Shown: positions 1-9,777 of the stretch, in pieces
Layout of the letters: each line of letters starts with the position of its first letter
Numbering within the stretch: the stretch's first letter is position 1
Origin: an uncultured delta proteobacterium
GTDB taxonomy: Bacteria; Myxococcota_A; Polyangia; Polyangiales; Polyangiaceae
Assembly: GCA_963850305.1 (NCBI GenBank)
Contig: CAWKKR010000008.1
Location: forward strand, 256,001 to 320,000
Direction: 5' to 3'
Length of the DNA stretch: 64,000 nucleotides
The notes under the pieces: generated by a model
What the model was told of the DNA's origin: nothing
The model's input: the letters and a program-made list of their open reading frames with translations, nothing else
Database searches by the model: none
Translations under genes and position numbers: made by a program

Positions 1-2681
1 CACGTGTCGCGAGGGACCAGGGGACCTTCGAGGACGTCGCGCTCCGTCCAGATGGGCGCGGGCTCGCCCTTTCCGTGCCGGAGGCGCTCTTCGAGACGCG
101 CGACGCCGGCGCGACATTTCATCGACTGGACGTCGCCCCGTTCGGCGCCGAAGTGCTCGTCGAGGGCGATGCGGGGGAGTTGCTCGTCTGGACGCCCCTC
201 GGAGCGCGTCGCTGGGATCCGGATTCGCAGACGCCGTTCCCGATGCTCGGACGGACCGCGCTGACGCGCGCAAGAACCCTCGGCGCGCCGATCCCGCTCG
301 GGCCGTCGGCGGACGCGCTGGAGCAGGGGCGTGCCGTCCTCGTCAGGGACGCCTGGATCGAGCTGCGCCCGACACCGTCGCCGTTCGCGTGGGAGCTAGT
401 CACGGGACCCTTCGGCGGGCACCTTTCGGCGAAGCCCGCGCTCGCGTTCGCGGGCTGCTCCGACGTTCGCATCGCGGGCTGGGAAGAGACCCTCTACGTC
501 GCCTGCGCGCGGATGCGCGAAGCGAACATCACCCAGCCACTCGAGTTTCGTCGCAGCGTCGACGGCGGCAAGACCTGGACGACCGAGCCATACTTCGTCG
601 AAGGACAGACCGAGGCGCTGCGCATGGCGGTCGGACCCCATGACGAGCTGATCGTGGCCGGCGTTTGCTCCACCGAAACGACCGGCGCCGGGTGCCGTCC
701 GATGGGCATCCAGTTCAGGCGCGCGGTTCACACGGACGCGGGCGCGGCAACCGTCGCCCTCGTGCCAGCGGCGGCGCAGGACCTGGCCGGGACGGCCGAC
801 GCGCTCGTGTTTTCGCTGGATGGACGCACAGCGTACGCCTTCGGCACGAGCTCGAAGAGCGACGTTTATACCGTGCTCGTATCGCACGACGGCGGCGCCT
901 CCTTCGACGGACGCGACGTGCCGGCACTGCCCGCAGCGGGTTCCGAAGAGCTCCGCGGCAACGCCCCCGATCCGGTCGAATCGGCTGCAACCGCCGAAGA
1001 TGGCACGACCGCGTTCGTCCTGGACTCGCGCGGACGGCGTTCGTGGCTCGTCGTGGACGATGATGGGCGCGTCGTCTCTTTGTCGAGGCCGCCCGTCGAC
1101 GCGGCCCGCATCGGCGCGGCCGGTGGCCACGCGCTCGCCATCGATCCGACGTCCGAGGAAGCATGGGAGTCACTCGACGCCGGCGCGAGCTGGTCGCCGC
1201 TCGGCAAGCTCCCCATCGATCCGTGTCCGGAGGCGGGCGGCTGCGTCGCGCCACCCCAGTGCGTCTGGCGCGGCTGCGTCATCGGCGACGCCGCGTCGCG
1301 ACTCGGCTGGGGTTCGGCGCCGAGCGCGTTCGTCCTCCCACCTGGCGGCGCCGGCGCGCTTGGACGCGCCGTACCGCGCGTGGGCGTGACGTACGCGTGC
1401 GCGCTCGATCCGGGTGACTGGCGTCCGATACCGGGCGTCCTTTCGCCCCCCGAGGCCGATCACGCGGCGATGGGCGGGCTCGCGTGGATCGCCGAGGTCT
1501 CGGATCGGCGCACCGGCGCGGTGTCGGTCGTGCAGGCGCACGCGGGGCCACGGGTCGGGATCGACGAGGTTCCCCTGCTCGCGCCCGCGAACCGCGGCGA
1601 GGACGTCGCGTACACATCCTCCTCCCAGATCGAGGGGTTCGTCGCGCTCAGATACGCGGTGCCGGGCGCGCTTGGCTCTACGGGTTCCCGCGACGTCGAG
1701 CTCCGGCACATCGAGGTCGCATGGGACGATGTGCTCGCGGGCCGCGTGGGTCATGCGATCATCCCCGACGGCGGCGCCTTCCACGCCGGCGACTTCGACG
1801 GCGAGCGCGCCGGCGCGCGCCACGCCCATCCGGAGCTGCTGAGCATCGCGACGGGCGGCGTCTCGGTGCGCCCACACGTCGGGCTTGGCGACGATCAAGA
1901 CACGTTCTTCGTCGACGGGCGCACGGTGGAAACCTTGCCCCCCGTGCGCTGGCCGGACGAAGCCCTGCGTCACGGCCACGCGGACGTCGTGCACGTGGGT
2001 CGCACCATCGTACCCATCCGTCTCGACGGGACCGCCGCGATGCGCGCTCGACGCACCGGCGACGGCTTCGCCTTCGACGCCGCGGCGCTCGGGTTCGCGG
2101 ACCCGCAGGCGTTCGGCGTCGGGCAATACGCGAATGTCTCGTACGTCGGCGCGCGCTCGGGCTTTCTCGTGCTCATCGACGGCCCTTCGGGCGCCCGGGC
2201 GTACGTGCACCCGTTCCGCGCGGAGGGCGCCCTCTTCGACGAGCCGGTTCGCGTCCCGACCCAGTCGGATCTCCCGTCGTCCCCAAGACCCTGTTCGGCC
2301 AGCGAGGTGGCCACGACTCCGCGCGTCGTCGTGCCGTACGCGCCCGGGGCGCGCCACGCCGTCATCGTGACCGATCCCGTCGAGCCGCTCCGGATCCTTC
2401 TGACCGACGACGCGGTGCTTCACGGCACCTTCGATGCGCCCTGTCTCGCCGCCTACGACGCCGGCTTCGTCGCCTCGGAGGATTCCGCCGTCCCCGAACC
2501 AGTGCAGGCCATTCTTCCCGGCAACCCGCTCGACCGAGCGTACCTGTTTCGTGAGGCGCAAGGCGCGACGGACACGCTCGCGCGCGTCGAATACCGGACG
2601 ATGCTCTGCCATCCCGACACCGTCGCGAGCCCTCCGCCGGAGATCTTTCGGTCCCCTGGCACTCACGTTCCGCGGCCCTGA
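1..2681 (+). CDS. Large secreted/surface protein with BNR/Asp-box repeats (5' truncated by window edge)
   Basis: Frame +3 is open from the window start. Asp-box motifs ETRDAGATF, RSVDGGKTW, VSHDGGASF, ESLDAGASW; scattered Cys. Confidence 0.7.
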   Translation, partial: RVARDQGTFEDVALRPDGRGLALSVPEALFETRDAGATFHRLDVAPFGAEVLVEGDAGELLVWTPLGARRWDPDSQTPFPMLGRTALTRARTLGAPIPLGPSADALEQGRAVLVRDAWIELRPTPSPFAWELVTGPFGGHLSAKPALAFAGCSDVRIAGWEETLYVACARMREANITQPLEFRRSVDGGKTWTTEPYFVEGQTEALRMAVGPHDELIVAGVCSTETTGAGCRPMGIQFRRAVHTDAGAATVALVPAAAQDLAGTADALVFSLDGRTAYAFGTSSKSDVYTVLVSHDGGASFDGRDVPALPAAGSEELRGNAPDPVESAATAEDGTTAFVLDSRGRRSWLVVDDDGRVVSLSRPPVDAARIGAAGGHALAIDPTSEEAWESLDAGASWSPLGKLPIDPCPEAGGCVAPPQCVWRGCVIGDAASRLGWGSAPSAFVLPPGGAGALGRAVPRVGVTYACALDPGDWRPIPGVLSPPEADHAAMGGLAWIAEVSDRRTGAVSVVQAHAGPRVGIDEVPLLAPANRGEDVAYTSSSQIEGFVALRYAVPGALGSTGSRDVELRHIEVAWDDVLAGRVGHAIIPDGGAFHAGDFDGERAGARHAHPELLSIATGGVSVRPHVGLGDDQDTFFVDGRTVETLPPVRWPDEALRHGHADVVHVGRTIVPIRLDGTAAMRARRTGDGFAFDAAALGFADPQAFGVGQYANVSYVGARSGFLVLIDGPSGARAYVHPFRAEGALFDEPVRVPTQSDLPSSPRPCSASEVATTPRVVVPYAPGARHAVIVTDPVEPLRILLTDDAVLHGTFDAPCLAAYDAGFVASEDSAVPEPVQAILPGNPLDRAYLFREAQGATDTLARVEYRTMLCHPDTVASPPPEIFRSPGTHVPRP

Positions 2682-2777
2682 ATTGGCGGTAGGCCGAGAC
2701 GGCACGGGGGGGCAAGGCCTGACACGGGGCCCGCATGCGCATTTGTTTGGTGCCGGGCCCGGATTCGCTGAAGTATC

Positions 2778-4037
2778 GTGAGAACCTCCTTGATCGATAC
2801 CGTGCGCCCGTCCCTCCCGGCGCCGCCTGGCCAGCGCACGGGCATCGTCCTCTCCGGTGGCGGTGCGCGGGGCGCGTATCAGGTGGGTGTCGTCGCGGGG
2901 ATCATCGACGTGCTGAAGGACGTCGGGATCGAGCACGCCCCTTTCAACGTCCTCTGCGGCACATCGGTCGGCGCCATCAACGCGGGCTATCTCGCGTCGC
3001 ATGCGCAGCTCCCCGGGCTCGGTATCGACGGCCTCATGAACGCCTGGCGCTCGCTCCGCTTGAGCGACCATCTGCACGTCAACCTGCGCGGCATGGTCGG
3101 TGCGTGGGCGTCGGCGAGGGCGGTTCACGGGGGAGGACCATTCTCGCAACGCGAAGTTCCGGCGCGCGCCTTGCTCGACTCACTGCCGCTCTCGGAGCTC
3201 GTCAGCAATCAGGTCGCGTTCGACGACCTTCACCGGAACGTGGACGCCGGCATCGTGCACGCGCTCGTCATCACCGCGCTCGAGATCTCGTCGGGCCGCA
3301 CGACGCAATTCATCGAAGCGCCGCCGTACGTCTCGTTCCCGCCGTCGAAGGACCTGCGCAGGAACGTGCGCCGAGAACGCATCGGGCTCCAGCACATCCT
3401 CGCGTCTGCGGCGTTGCCCTTCGTGTTCCCGCCCCGGCGCATTCACGGCGAGGCTTACTGCGACGGTGGCGTGCGTTTCAATACGCCGATCGCGCCGGCG
3501 ATCCGCGCAGGTGCGGACCGATTGGTCGTCATCTCGCTCCTGTCCGAGGCGCCGCAAGGCGAGATCCAGGAGATCCCGATCGAGGTCCGCGAAGCGTCGT
3601 ACAAGAACCCGGTCTTCCTGCTCGGCAAAGTGCTGAACGCGCTCCTCCTCGATCCGACGCACTACGATCTTCAGGTGCTCGAGCGCTTCAATCAGGTCAT
3701 CGAGACTCTGCAACGGGTCCTGACGCCGGAGCAGCTTTCCGCGTTCCATCGCGTCGTGCAGCAACACCGCAACATGACGTACCGCAAGCTGAAGACCCTC
3801 GTCTTCCGCCCCTCGCGTGACATCGGCGAAATCGCGCTCGAATATGCACGCGGCATCAAGCCCGAGGGCATCGGTCCACGCATTCTGCATCGCCTCGCGA
3901 GTCAAAAATCCGTCTGGCAGTCCGATCTGATTTCCTTCATGTGCTTCGACGGCGCGTTCGCGGATCTATTGATCCAGCTCGGCCGTCACGAGGCTGCGGG
4001 CCGCGCGCAAGAGATCCGGGACTTCTTCGACGTGTAG
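2778..4037 (+). CDS. Patatin-like phospholipase
   Basis: LSGGGARGAY glycine loop, GTSVG nucleophile elbow, DGG catalytic Asp motif. Confidence 0.92.
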   Translation: MRTSLIDTVRPSLPAPPGQRTGIVLSGGGARGAYQVGVVAGIIDVLKDVGIEHAPFNVLCGTSVGAINAGYLASHAQLPGLGIDGLMNAWRSLRLSDHLHVNLRGMVGAWASARAVHGGGPFSQREVPARALLDSLPLSELVSNQVAFDDLHRNVDAGIVHALVITALEISSGRTTQFIEAPPYVSFPPSKDLRRNVRRERIGLQHILASAALPFVFPPRRIHGEAYCDGGVRFNTPIAPAIRAGADRLVVISLLSEAPQGEIQEIPIEVREASYKNPVFLLGKVLNALLLDPTHYDLQVLERFNQVIETLQRVLTPEQLSAFHRVVQQHRNMTYRKLKTLVFRPSRDIGEIALEYARGIKPEGIGPRILHRLASQKSVWQSDLISFMCFDGAFADLLIQLGRHEAAGRAQEIRDFFDV

Positions 4038-4319
4038 GCGGGCGCGTCTCGCCCTCAGTGGGCGCGTCCCGAGCACGGAGGTCGCGCACGTACGACCGCT
4101 CCCGACCGTCGGGGCCGACCACAAACCCCTCGTGCTTTCCCGTGACTCTCGCTCTGGCCTCGTTCCCGCGACGCGCGGGCGCGGCTGCAGCTCGCGGTAC
4201 GGGCGCGCTGCCTGGCCCATCGGCGCTGCGCGTCTCTGGCCGCGCTCGTTTCAGCGGGGCGGCCCAGACAATCACTCGGTCGGTGGAGGCGGGGCGCGAA
4301 AAGCGGTATGGGGCCGCGC

Positions 4320-5618
4320 ATGATCCCTCGCTACACGCCTGCCGAGTTCGAGAAGCTCTGGTCCGATGCGGCCCGCTTCGCCGTGTGGCTCGAGGTCGAG
4401 CTGGCCGGTTGCGAGGCGATGGAGGCCGAGGGGCTCGTTCCAGCGGGCACGGCGGCGAGCATCCGTGCGAAGAACCTGCAGCTCGACGCGGACGCGATCC
4501 TCGAGATCGAGAAGACGACGAAGCACGACGTCATCGCGTTCCTGACGCATGTCGAGGCGCTCGCGGGCGAGCCGGCACGCTGGCTCCACCGCGGGATGAC
4601 GTCGAGCGACGTGCTCGACACGAGCTTCGCGATGCTGCTCGTGCGCGCCACGGACGCGCTCCTCGTGCGCACGGATCGGCTGATCGCGGCCCTGACGGCG
4701 CGCGCGAGAGAGCACGCGCACACGTCGATGATCGGGCGATCGCACGGGATCCACGCGGAACCGGTGACGTTCGGCGTCGTGCTCGCGGGGCACCTTGCGG
4801 AGGTGAAGCGCGGGCGCAAAAGGCTCGAGGTCGCGCGACGCGAGATCGCGGTGGGTAAAATCGCCGGCGCGGTCGGGACGTATGTGCATCTCGCGCCAGC
4901 CGTGGAGCGACGGGCGCTCGCCGCGCTCGGGCTCGAGCCGGAAACGGTGGCGACGCAGATCGTCGCGCGCGACCGGCACGCGGCGTTCTTCTCCGCACTC
5001 GCTCTCGTGGCCGCAGCGGTCGAGCGCCTGGCGACGAACACGCGTCACTGGCAGCGCAGCGAGGTAGGCGAAGCAGAGGAGAAATTCTCCAAGGGGCAGA
5101 AGGGCTCGAGCGCGATGCCGCACAAGCGCAATCCCGTACTGAGCGAGAACCTTTGCGGCCTCGCTCGCATCGTACGGAGCGCCGTGATCCCGGCGCTGGA
5201 GAACGTCGCTCTTTGGCATGAGCGCGACATCTCGCATTCGTCGGCGGAACGGATGATCGCACCGGACGCGACGGCGACGCTCGCGTTCATCCTCGAACGC
5301 GCGGCGACCGTCGTCGATGGACTCGTGGTCTATCCGGAGCGCATGCAGAAGAACCTGGACGCCTCGGGCGGCTTGTTCTTCAGCGAGGGCGTGATGCTTG
5401 CGCTCGTCGGCACGGGACTCCCGCGTCAGCGCGCGTACGAGCTCGTGCAGCGGAACGCGATGAAGGCGTTCCACGGCGAAGGCGATTTCCGTGAGCTGCT
5501 CGGCGCCGATCCGGACATTGCGGGCCGTCTCTCGTCACAGGAACTCGATCGCACGTTCGATCTCCGTCACGCGCTGCGATGGGCGGACGAGATGATCGAG
5601 CGCGCGATTCAGTCGTAA
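4320..5618 (+). CDS. purB: Adenylosuccinate lyase
   Basis: MIPRY N-terminus, [10 protein letters not shown], fumarate-lyase signature [21 protein letters not shown]. Confidence 0.97.
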   Translation: MIPRYTPAEFEKLWSDAARFAVWLEVELAGCEAMEAEGLVPAGTAASIRAKNLQLDADAILEIEKTTKHDVIAFLTHVEALAGEPARWLHRGMTSSDVLDTSFAMLLVRATDALLVRTDRLIAALTARAREHAHTSMIGRSHGIHAEPVTFGVVLAGHLAEVKRGRKRLEVARREIAVGKIAGAVGTYVHLAPAVERRALAALGLEPETVATQIVARDRHAAFFSALALVAAAVERLATNTRHWQRSEVGEAEEKFSKGQKGSSAMPHKRNPVLSENLCGLARIVRSAVIPALENVALWHERDISHSSAERMIAPDATATLAFILERAATVVDGLVVYPERMQKNLDASGGLFFSEGVMLALVGTGLPRQRAYELVQRNAMKAFHGEGDFRELLGADPDIAGRLSSQELDRTFDLRHALRWADEMIERAIQS

Positions 5619-6322
5619 CGCGCGACGCGCGCGCGGAGATATCCCCGCGCCACGATCCCGATCACGACCAGCGCGTGCCAGGGCCGCACGCCGCTCCGCT
5701 CGCCGGCGTACACGGGGCGGACGGGCACCTCGACGACACGCGCGCCCGCGGCGGCGAGCAAGCCAAGCAGGTCGTTGGGATAGCCGTAGCGCGGCCAGAG
5801 CTTCTCGAGCGGGAGGCGCGCCGCCATCGCCGCCGAGAGCGCAGTGAATCCGCACTGGCTGTCGTCGATGTCCAGCCCCGTCGCCGCACGCGTCAGCAGT
5901 GCGAGTGCGCTGCCCGCGAGGCGCCGCTCGAAGGGCATGTGCCGCCGCGCAGGGTGCATGAAGCGATTGCCCTTCACGTAGTCGGCGTGGTCGAGCGTCA
6001 CTGGCGACACGACCCGCCCGAGGTCGTGCGGGTCCATCTGGTCATCCCCGGCCATCACGGCGATGACGTCGGCGCGCACCGCGAGCGCGAGACGATATCC
6101 GGTGACAATCGCGGCGCCGACGCCGCGATTCTCCGGGTGCGTCGCTACCGTCACACGCGAATCGGCGAGCGTGTTCGCGATCGCGGACGTGCCGTCACGG
6201 CTCGCGTCATCAACGACGAACACGGCGTCGACCCACGCGGGAATTCCTCGAATCACGCGAGCGATCCGGTCCGCCTCATCGAAGGCGGGCACGACGACCG
6301 CGACGCGCTTGCAATTCCACAT
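5609..6322 (-). CDS. Family 2 glycosyltransferase (DPM synthase-like)
   Basis: [32 protein letters not shown] motifs. Start taken at ATG 6322. Confidence 0.9.
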   Translation of the reverse strand: MWNCKRVAVVVPAFDEADRIARVIRGIPAWVDAVFVVDDASRDGTSAIANTLADSRVTVATHPENRGVGAAIVTGYRLALAVRADVIAVMAGDDQMDPHDLGRVVSPVTLDHADYVKGNRFMHPARRHMPFERRLAGSALALLTRAATGLDIDDSQCGFTALSAAMAARLPLEKLWPRYGYPNDLLGLLAAAGARVVEVPVRPVYAGERSGVRPWHALVVIGIVARGYLRARVARYD

Positions 6323-6515
6323 GCGAGCCTTCTCGGCTACACCCGAGCCGCGCGGAACGGGGCGCGAAATGGCCTTCGCAGGGTCGCGCTCCGCGTCAAA
6401 AGCGTCTCTTTCGCGTCCGCACGGACGATTGAAAGGACGAGCTCCGCGTGACTCCGTCCGGAAACCGTGCGACCGTTGGCGCGAAGTCGGGGCCTCCCCC
6501 GAGAGTTTCATCGCC

Positions 6516-7493
6516 ATGCTCCGTCATTCTGCCGACCACAAGACGCTGCTCTGGGTCCTGGTGCTCGCGCCCGGGCTCGTCGCCATCCAGTACGCGCGCC
6601 CGGACCTCGTTAAATATCTCTTCTGGGTGAGTTGCTACTTCTCGATCGCGACGAGCACCATCGCCCACAATCACAACCACTCCCCGACGTTCCATAGCAA
6701 GAAACTGAACTCCCTCTTCGGGAACTGGATTTCCCTCATCTACGGCTTCCCGACGTTCGCTTGGATCCCGACGCACAACCTGAACCACCACAAGTACGTC
6801 AACACCGAGGGCGACGCGACGATCACGTGGCGCTTCACGAACCGTCACAACGCGTTCGTCGCGGCGACCTACTTTTTCGTGTCCGCGTACTACCAGCAGT
6901 ACCCGACGAAGGCCTTCATCGAAAAGGTGAAGGAAAAGAACCCCGCGCTCTATAACCGCATCATCGGGCAGTACGCGTTCTGGGCGGGCGGGTACGTCGC
7001 GCTCCTCGTGCTTGCGATTCGACTGCACGGGCTCACGACCGGGCTCTACGTGTTCCTGATGAGCGTCGGCGTGCCGGCCATCGTCGCGCTGTGGACCGTG
7101 CATCTCTTCAACTACGAGCAGCACGTCCACACCGACCCGTGGTCCAAGCACAATCACTCGCGGAACTTCGTGAGCCCCGTGTTGAACTTTCTCCTGTTCA
7201 ACAACGGCTACCACACGGCGCACCACGAGAACCCGGGGCTCCACTGGAGCAAGCTGCCGGACGCACACGCGAAGATCGAAGCGCTCATCGATCCGGTGCT
7301 GAAGCAGAAGAGCGTATGGTGGTACTGGTTCAAGCAATACGTGCTCGCGGCAGTCCTGCCGTCACTTGGCTCGGTTCAGATGGGCCCCGGGCCCGATCAT
7401 CCGCCGAACGGCGGGCGCATCCAGGGCCTGAAGAGCGCGGACGTCGAACTCGGAGACGCGGGCACCAACGCGCAGAGCGTTCACGCGAGCTGA
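6516..7493 (+). CDS. Membrane fatty acid desaturase family protein
   Basis: His boxes HNHNH, HNLNHH, HTAHH plus hydrophobic segments. Confidence 0.9.
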   Translation: MLRHSADHKTLLWVLVLAPGLVAIQYARPDLVKYLFWVSCYFSIATSTIAHNHNHSPTFHSKKLNSLFGNWISLIYGFPTFAWIPTHNLNHHKYVNTEGDATITWRFTNRHNAFVAATYFFVSAYYQQYPTKAFIEKVKEKNPALYNRIIGQYAFWAGGYVALLVLAIRLHGLTTGLYVFLMSVGVPAIVALWTVHLFNYEQHVHTDPWSKHNHSRNFVSPVLNFLLFNNGYHTAHHENPGLHWSKLPDAHAKIEALIDPVLKQKSVWWYWFKQYVLAAVLPSLGSVQMGPGPDHPPNGGRIQGLKSADVELGDAGTNAQSVHAS

Positions 7494-7511
7494 GCGACGG
7501 CGGAGCCCTTC

Positions 7512-8096
7512 GTGCCGCTGCGGCGACGGACGTTCCTCATCATCGCTGCGAGTGCGGTCTCCGCCGCTGGCGTCTGGGCTGGCGTTGCGTTTCGATATCC
7601 GAGCGACCGTACGCCCGAGGGCGCTTACCTGCGCATCGTGAAGGCCGTGAACCTCGGACGTCCGCGGGACTTCTTCGCGTACCTCGAGACGGAGGCTCAG
7701 CACGCGGCTTACACCATCCGCGACTATCGCAAGAAGGCGCGGGACCGGGTGCTCGCGACGTATCCGGAACCGGACCGGACGCGGCTCGCCAGGGAGTACG
7801 AAGCCGAGGCGGAGACCGCGGACGGCGCGGACCTGTTCGTGCTCGAGTCGACTCGGCGCGGGTTTCTCGGGCGGCTCCGCCGCGATATGTCGGGGATCGT
7901 TCGTGTCGACGTGGAGGGAGAACGCGCCACGGTGGAGACGGCTCACGGGACGCGCTACCCGTTTCGTAGACGCGAGAACGGGATCTGGGGTCTCACGATC
8001 TTCACGGCGGTCCTCGTCGCGGACGCGGAGAAGGCCGCACGCGATTACGAGCTCGTGGATCGCGCTGCCTCGGACTACGAACGCGCGGTCCGCTGA
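7512..8096 (+). CDS. Hypothetical protein with N-terminal signal/anchor
   Basis: Protein-like ORF directly after the desaturase; RRRTFL followed by a hydrophobic helix. Confidence 0.7.
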   Translation: MPLRRRTFLIIAASAVSAAGVWAGVAFRYPSDRTPEGAYLRIVKAVNLGRPRDFFAYLETEAQHAAYTIRDYRKKARDRVLATYPEPDRTRLAREYEAEAETADGADLFVLESTRRGFLGRLRRDMSGIVRVDVEGERATVETAHGTRYPFRRRENGIWGLTIFTAVLVADAEKAARDYELVDRAASDYERAVR

Positions 8097-8229
8097 ACGG
8101 CATCGGGCGACTCGACGGTCATCGCGAGCGCGGCGTGCGCAAATTCGCGCCAACCAACCTTCCTGCGCGATCGCCCGGGCCCTCCGCACCTCCTCGAACC
8201 TCACATCCCGGGGCAGATTGCCTCAGGGT

Positions 8230-8262
8230 GGCGCCGCGCCGCGTCGAAGGCGGCGCGGCGCC
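8230..8262. promoter_or_regulatory. Perfect 13-bp inverted repeat (possible enhancer site or hairpin)
   Basis: GGCGCCGCGCCGC-gtcgaag-GCGGCGCGGCGCC, intergenic, about 100 bp upstream of a sigma-54-like promoter. Confidence 0.4.
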
Positions 8263-8364
8263 TCGACGATCTTCGACATCGCCTCGCCGGCCGCTCCCGA
8301 AATATCGGCGAACCTGGTCGTGGGTGAGCTTCCGTGCAGCCCGTCAGGAGATCTCCAGCGCAGT

Positions 8365-8380
8365 GGGCACGGTCGATGCA
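8365..8380 (+). promoter_or_regulatory. Putative sigma-54 (-24/-12) promoter
   Basis: GGGCACGGTCGATGCA fits GG-N10-GC with a GGCACG core, 25 bp before ATG 8405. Confidence 0.55.
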
Positions 8381-8404
8381 GAGGCGGGGCCGGTAGGCAA
8401 ACTC

Positions 8405-8872
8405 ATGACAGATCATCTCGAGTTACAGACGCGTTTCCGTGGCGTGCCCCGGCACCATTCATACGATCTGTTCGTCGCCAGTCGGTCGCCCCGGGTCCTG
8501 GTTGCCGACGAAGACGATGACGTGCGGACGATCCTGACCCGACGCCTGAGGCGAGATGGGTTCCAGGTCATCGAAGTTCCCGATGGGCGGCGCCTGGAGC
8601 GATTGCTGCTGGCCTACTCGCTCGGCGCACGCCACCAGCGTCCGCCGATCGACGTCGTGGTCTCGGACATTCACATGGCGGGTCGGTCGGGCCAGGACGC
8701 GCTCGCCGATCTTCGGTCGCGCGATACGGGCACGCCGTTCGTCGCGCTCGCGGGCACCGGCGACGTGGACGCGCACGTGGCCGCGATGCGGCTCGGCGCG
8801 TCCGCCGTGTTCGACAAGCCGTTCGATCTGGACGACCTCTGCACCACGGTCGTGCATCTGGTGGGGCCATGA
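8405..8872 (+). CDS. Single-domain response regulator
   Basis: VLVADEDD, VVVSDIHM (phospho-Asp), VFDKPF. Confidence 0.85.
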   Translation: MTDHLELQTRFRGVPRHHSYDLFVASRSPRVLVADEDDDVRTILTRRLRRDGFQVIEVPDGRRLERLLLAYSLGARHQRPPIDVVVSDIHMAGRSGQDALADLRSRDTGTPFVALAGTGDVDAHVAAMRLGASAVFDKPFDLDDLCTTVVHLVGP

Positions 8873-9270
8873 CGGCGGCGCCGAGAAGGCGGCTTTTGCT
8901 GGCCGATCGTGACGAGGCAATGCGCGCGTGGATCAAGCGTACGCTCGCGTTCGCCGGCTGCGATGTGGCAGAGGCATCGAGCGGGTTCGAGTTGCTCGAT
9001 CGCCTTGCGGACGACGGCCCCTACGATCTCGTCATCACGGAGGTCGGCAGGGCCGAACCGCGCCAGGCGCATCCGACGGGCCTGCAGGTGGCCACGATGG
9101 CTCGCGAAGCGGGGCTCGCCACGCCGTTCCTCGTCATGGCCGAATCCCCGGATTCTCGGCTGTCGGAAGTGCTCAGCGCGGTCGGGCGCGCGAGGCTCCT
9201 GTCGAAGCCGTTCAGTCCGCACGCGCTCCTGGCGGCCGTGCGCGGAATCCTGTCCCTTGCCGCAGCGTGA
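8869..9270 (+). CDS. Atypical receiver-domain protein (phospho-Asp replaced by Glu)
   Basis: LLLADRD, LVITEV, LLSKPF; ATGA overlap with the previous gene. Confidence 0.8.
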   Translation: MTAAPRRRLLLADRDEAMRAWIKRTLAFAGCDVAEASSGFELLDRLADDGPYDLVITEVGRAEPRQAHPTGLQVATMAREAGLATPFLVMAESPDSRLSEVLSAVGRARLLSKPFSPHALLAAVRGILSLAAA

Positions 9271-9292
9271 AGCGGGAATGCGCGCGGCGACG

Positions 9293-9724
9293 TCAACCGC
9301 TCCGCGCCTTGACGTCTTCGTAGCGCTGTCCCGCGGGGGCGCCAGCTTCCACCGCGAGCCCGACCTTGCTCCAGCCCGGCTCGACTCTGCCGAACGCGTC
9401 GCGACTCCCGCCGAAGCCGGTACGGAGCTCCCTCAGAGCCGTGAAGCCGGCGGCAATCATCAAGCGGGCAGCCTTGAGCGAACGCGCTCCGGACTGGCAC
9501 CCGATCACGAGCCGCGCGTCTTTTGCGAACGCACGCTCGACGACGGCTAAAAACTCCGGGTTCGCTTCTAGCCCGGAGGAGCCGCGGTGCTGGAGAGGCA
9601 CGTTCAGCGCGCCCGGAGGGTGTCCCTCCGCGAACTCGGGTTCACTCCGGACGTCGAGGTAAACGTACCCCTCGGTGATGAGCACCTGCGCCTCCTGTGG
9701 CGAAACGCGAGGAACATCCGGCAC
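9293..9724 (-). CDS. Rhodanese-like domain protein
   Basis: YLDVRSEPEFAEGHPPGA and active-site GCQSGARS. Confidence 0.9.
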   Translation of the reverse strand: MPDVPRVSPQEAQVLITEGYVYLDVRSEPEFAEGHPPGALNVPLQHRGSSGLEANPEFLAVVERAFAKDARLVIGCQSGARSLKAARLMIAAGFTALRELRTGFGGSRDAFGRVEPGWSKVGLAVEAGAPAGQRYEDVKARSG

Positions 9725-9777
9725 GGCGCCCCATCGTAGCATCGCCCTGCGCTTTCGCGATAAGGTGCGAGAAAGTC

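Noticed and set aside
1170..3149. Long antisense and alternate-frame ORFs (also 14900-17023, 17776-19446, 26335-28125, 33844-35367)
   Set aside because: Arg/Ala/Pro-rich shadows of real genes, expected in high-GC DNA; no recognisable motifs.
6063..6517. Overlapping N-terminal extensions of the GT2 and desaturase ORFs
   Set aside because: Family-like sequence begins at 6322 (-) and 6516 (+), leaving a normal divergent spacer.
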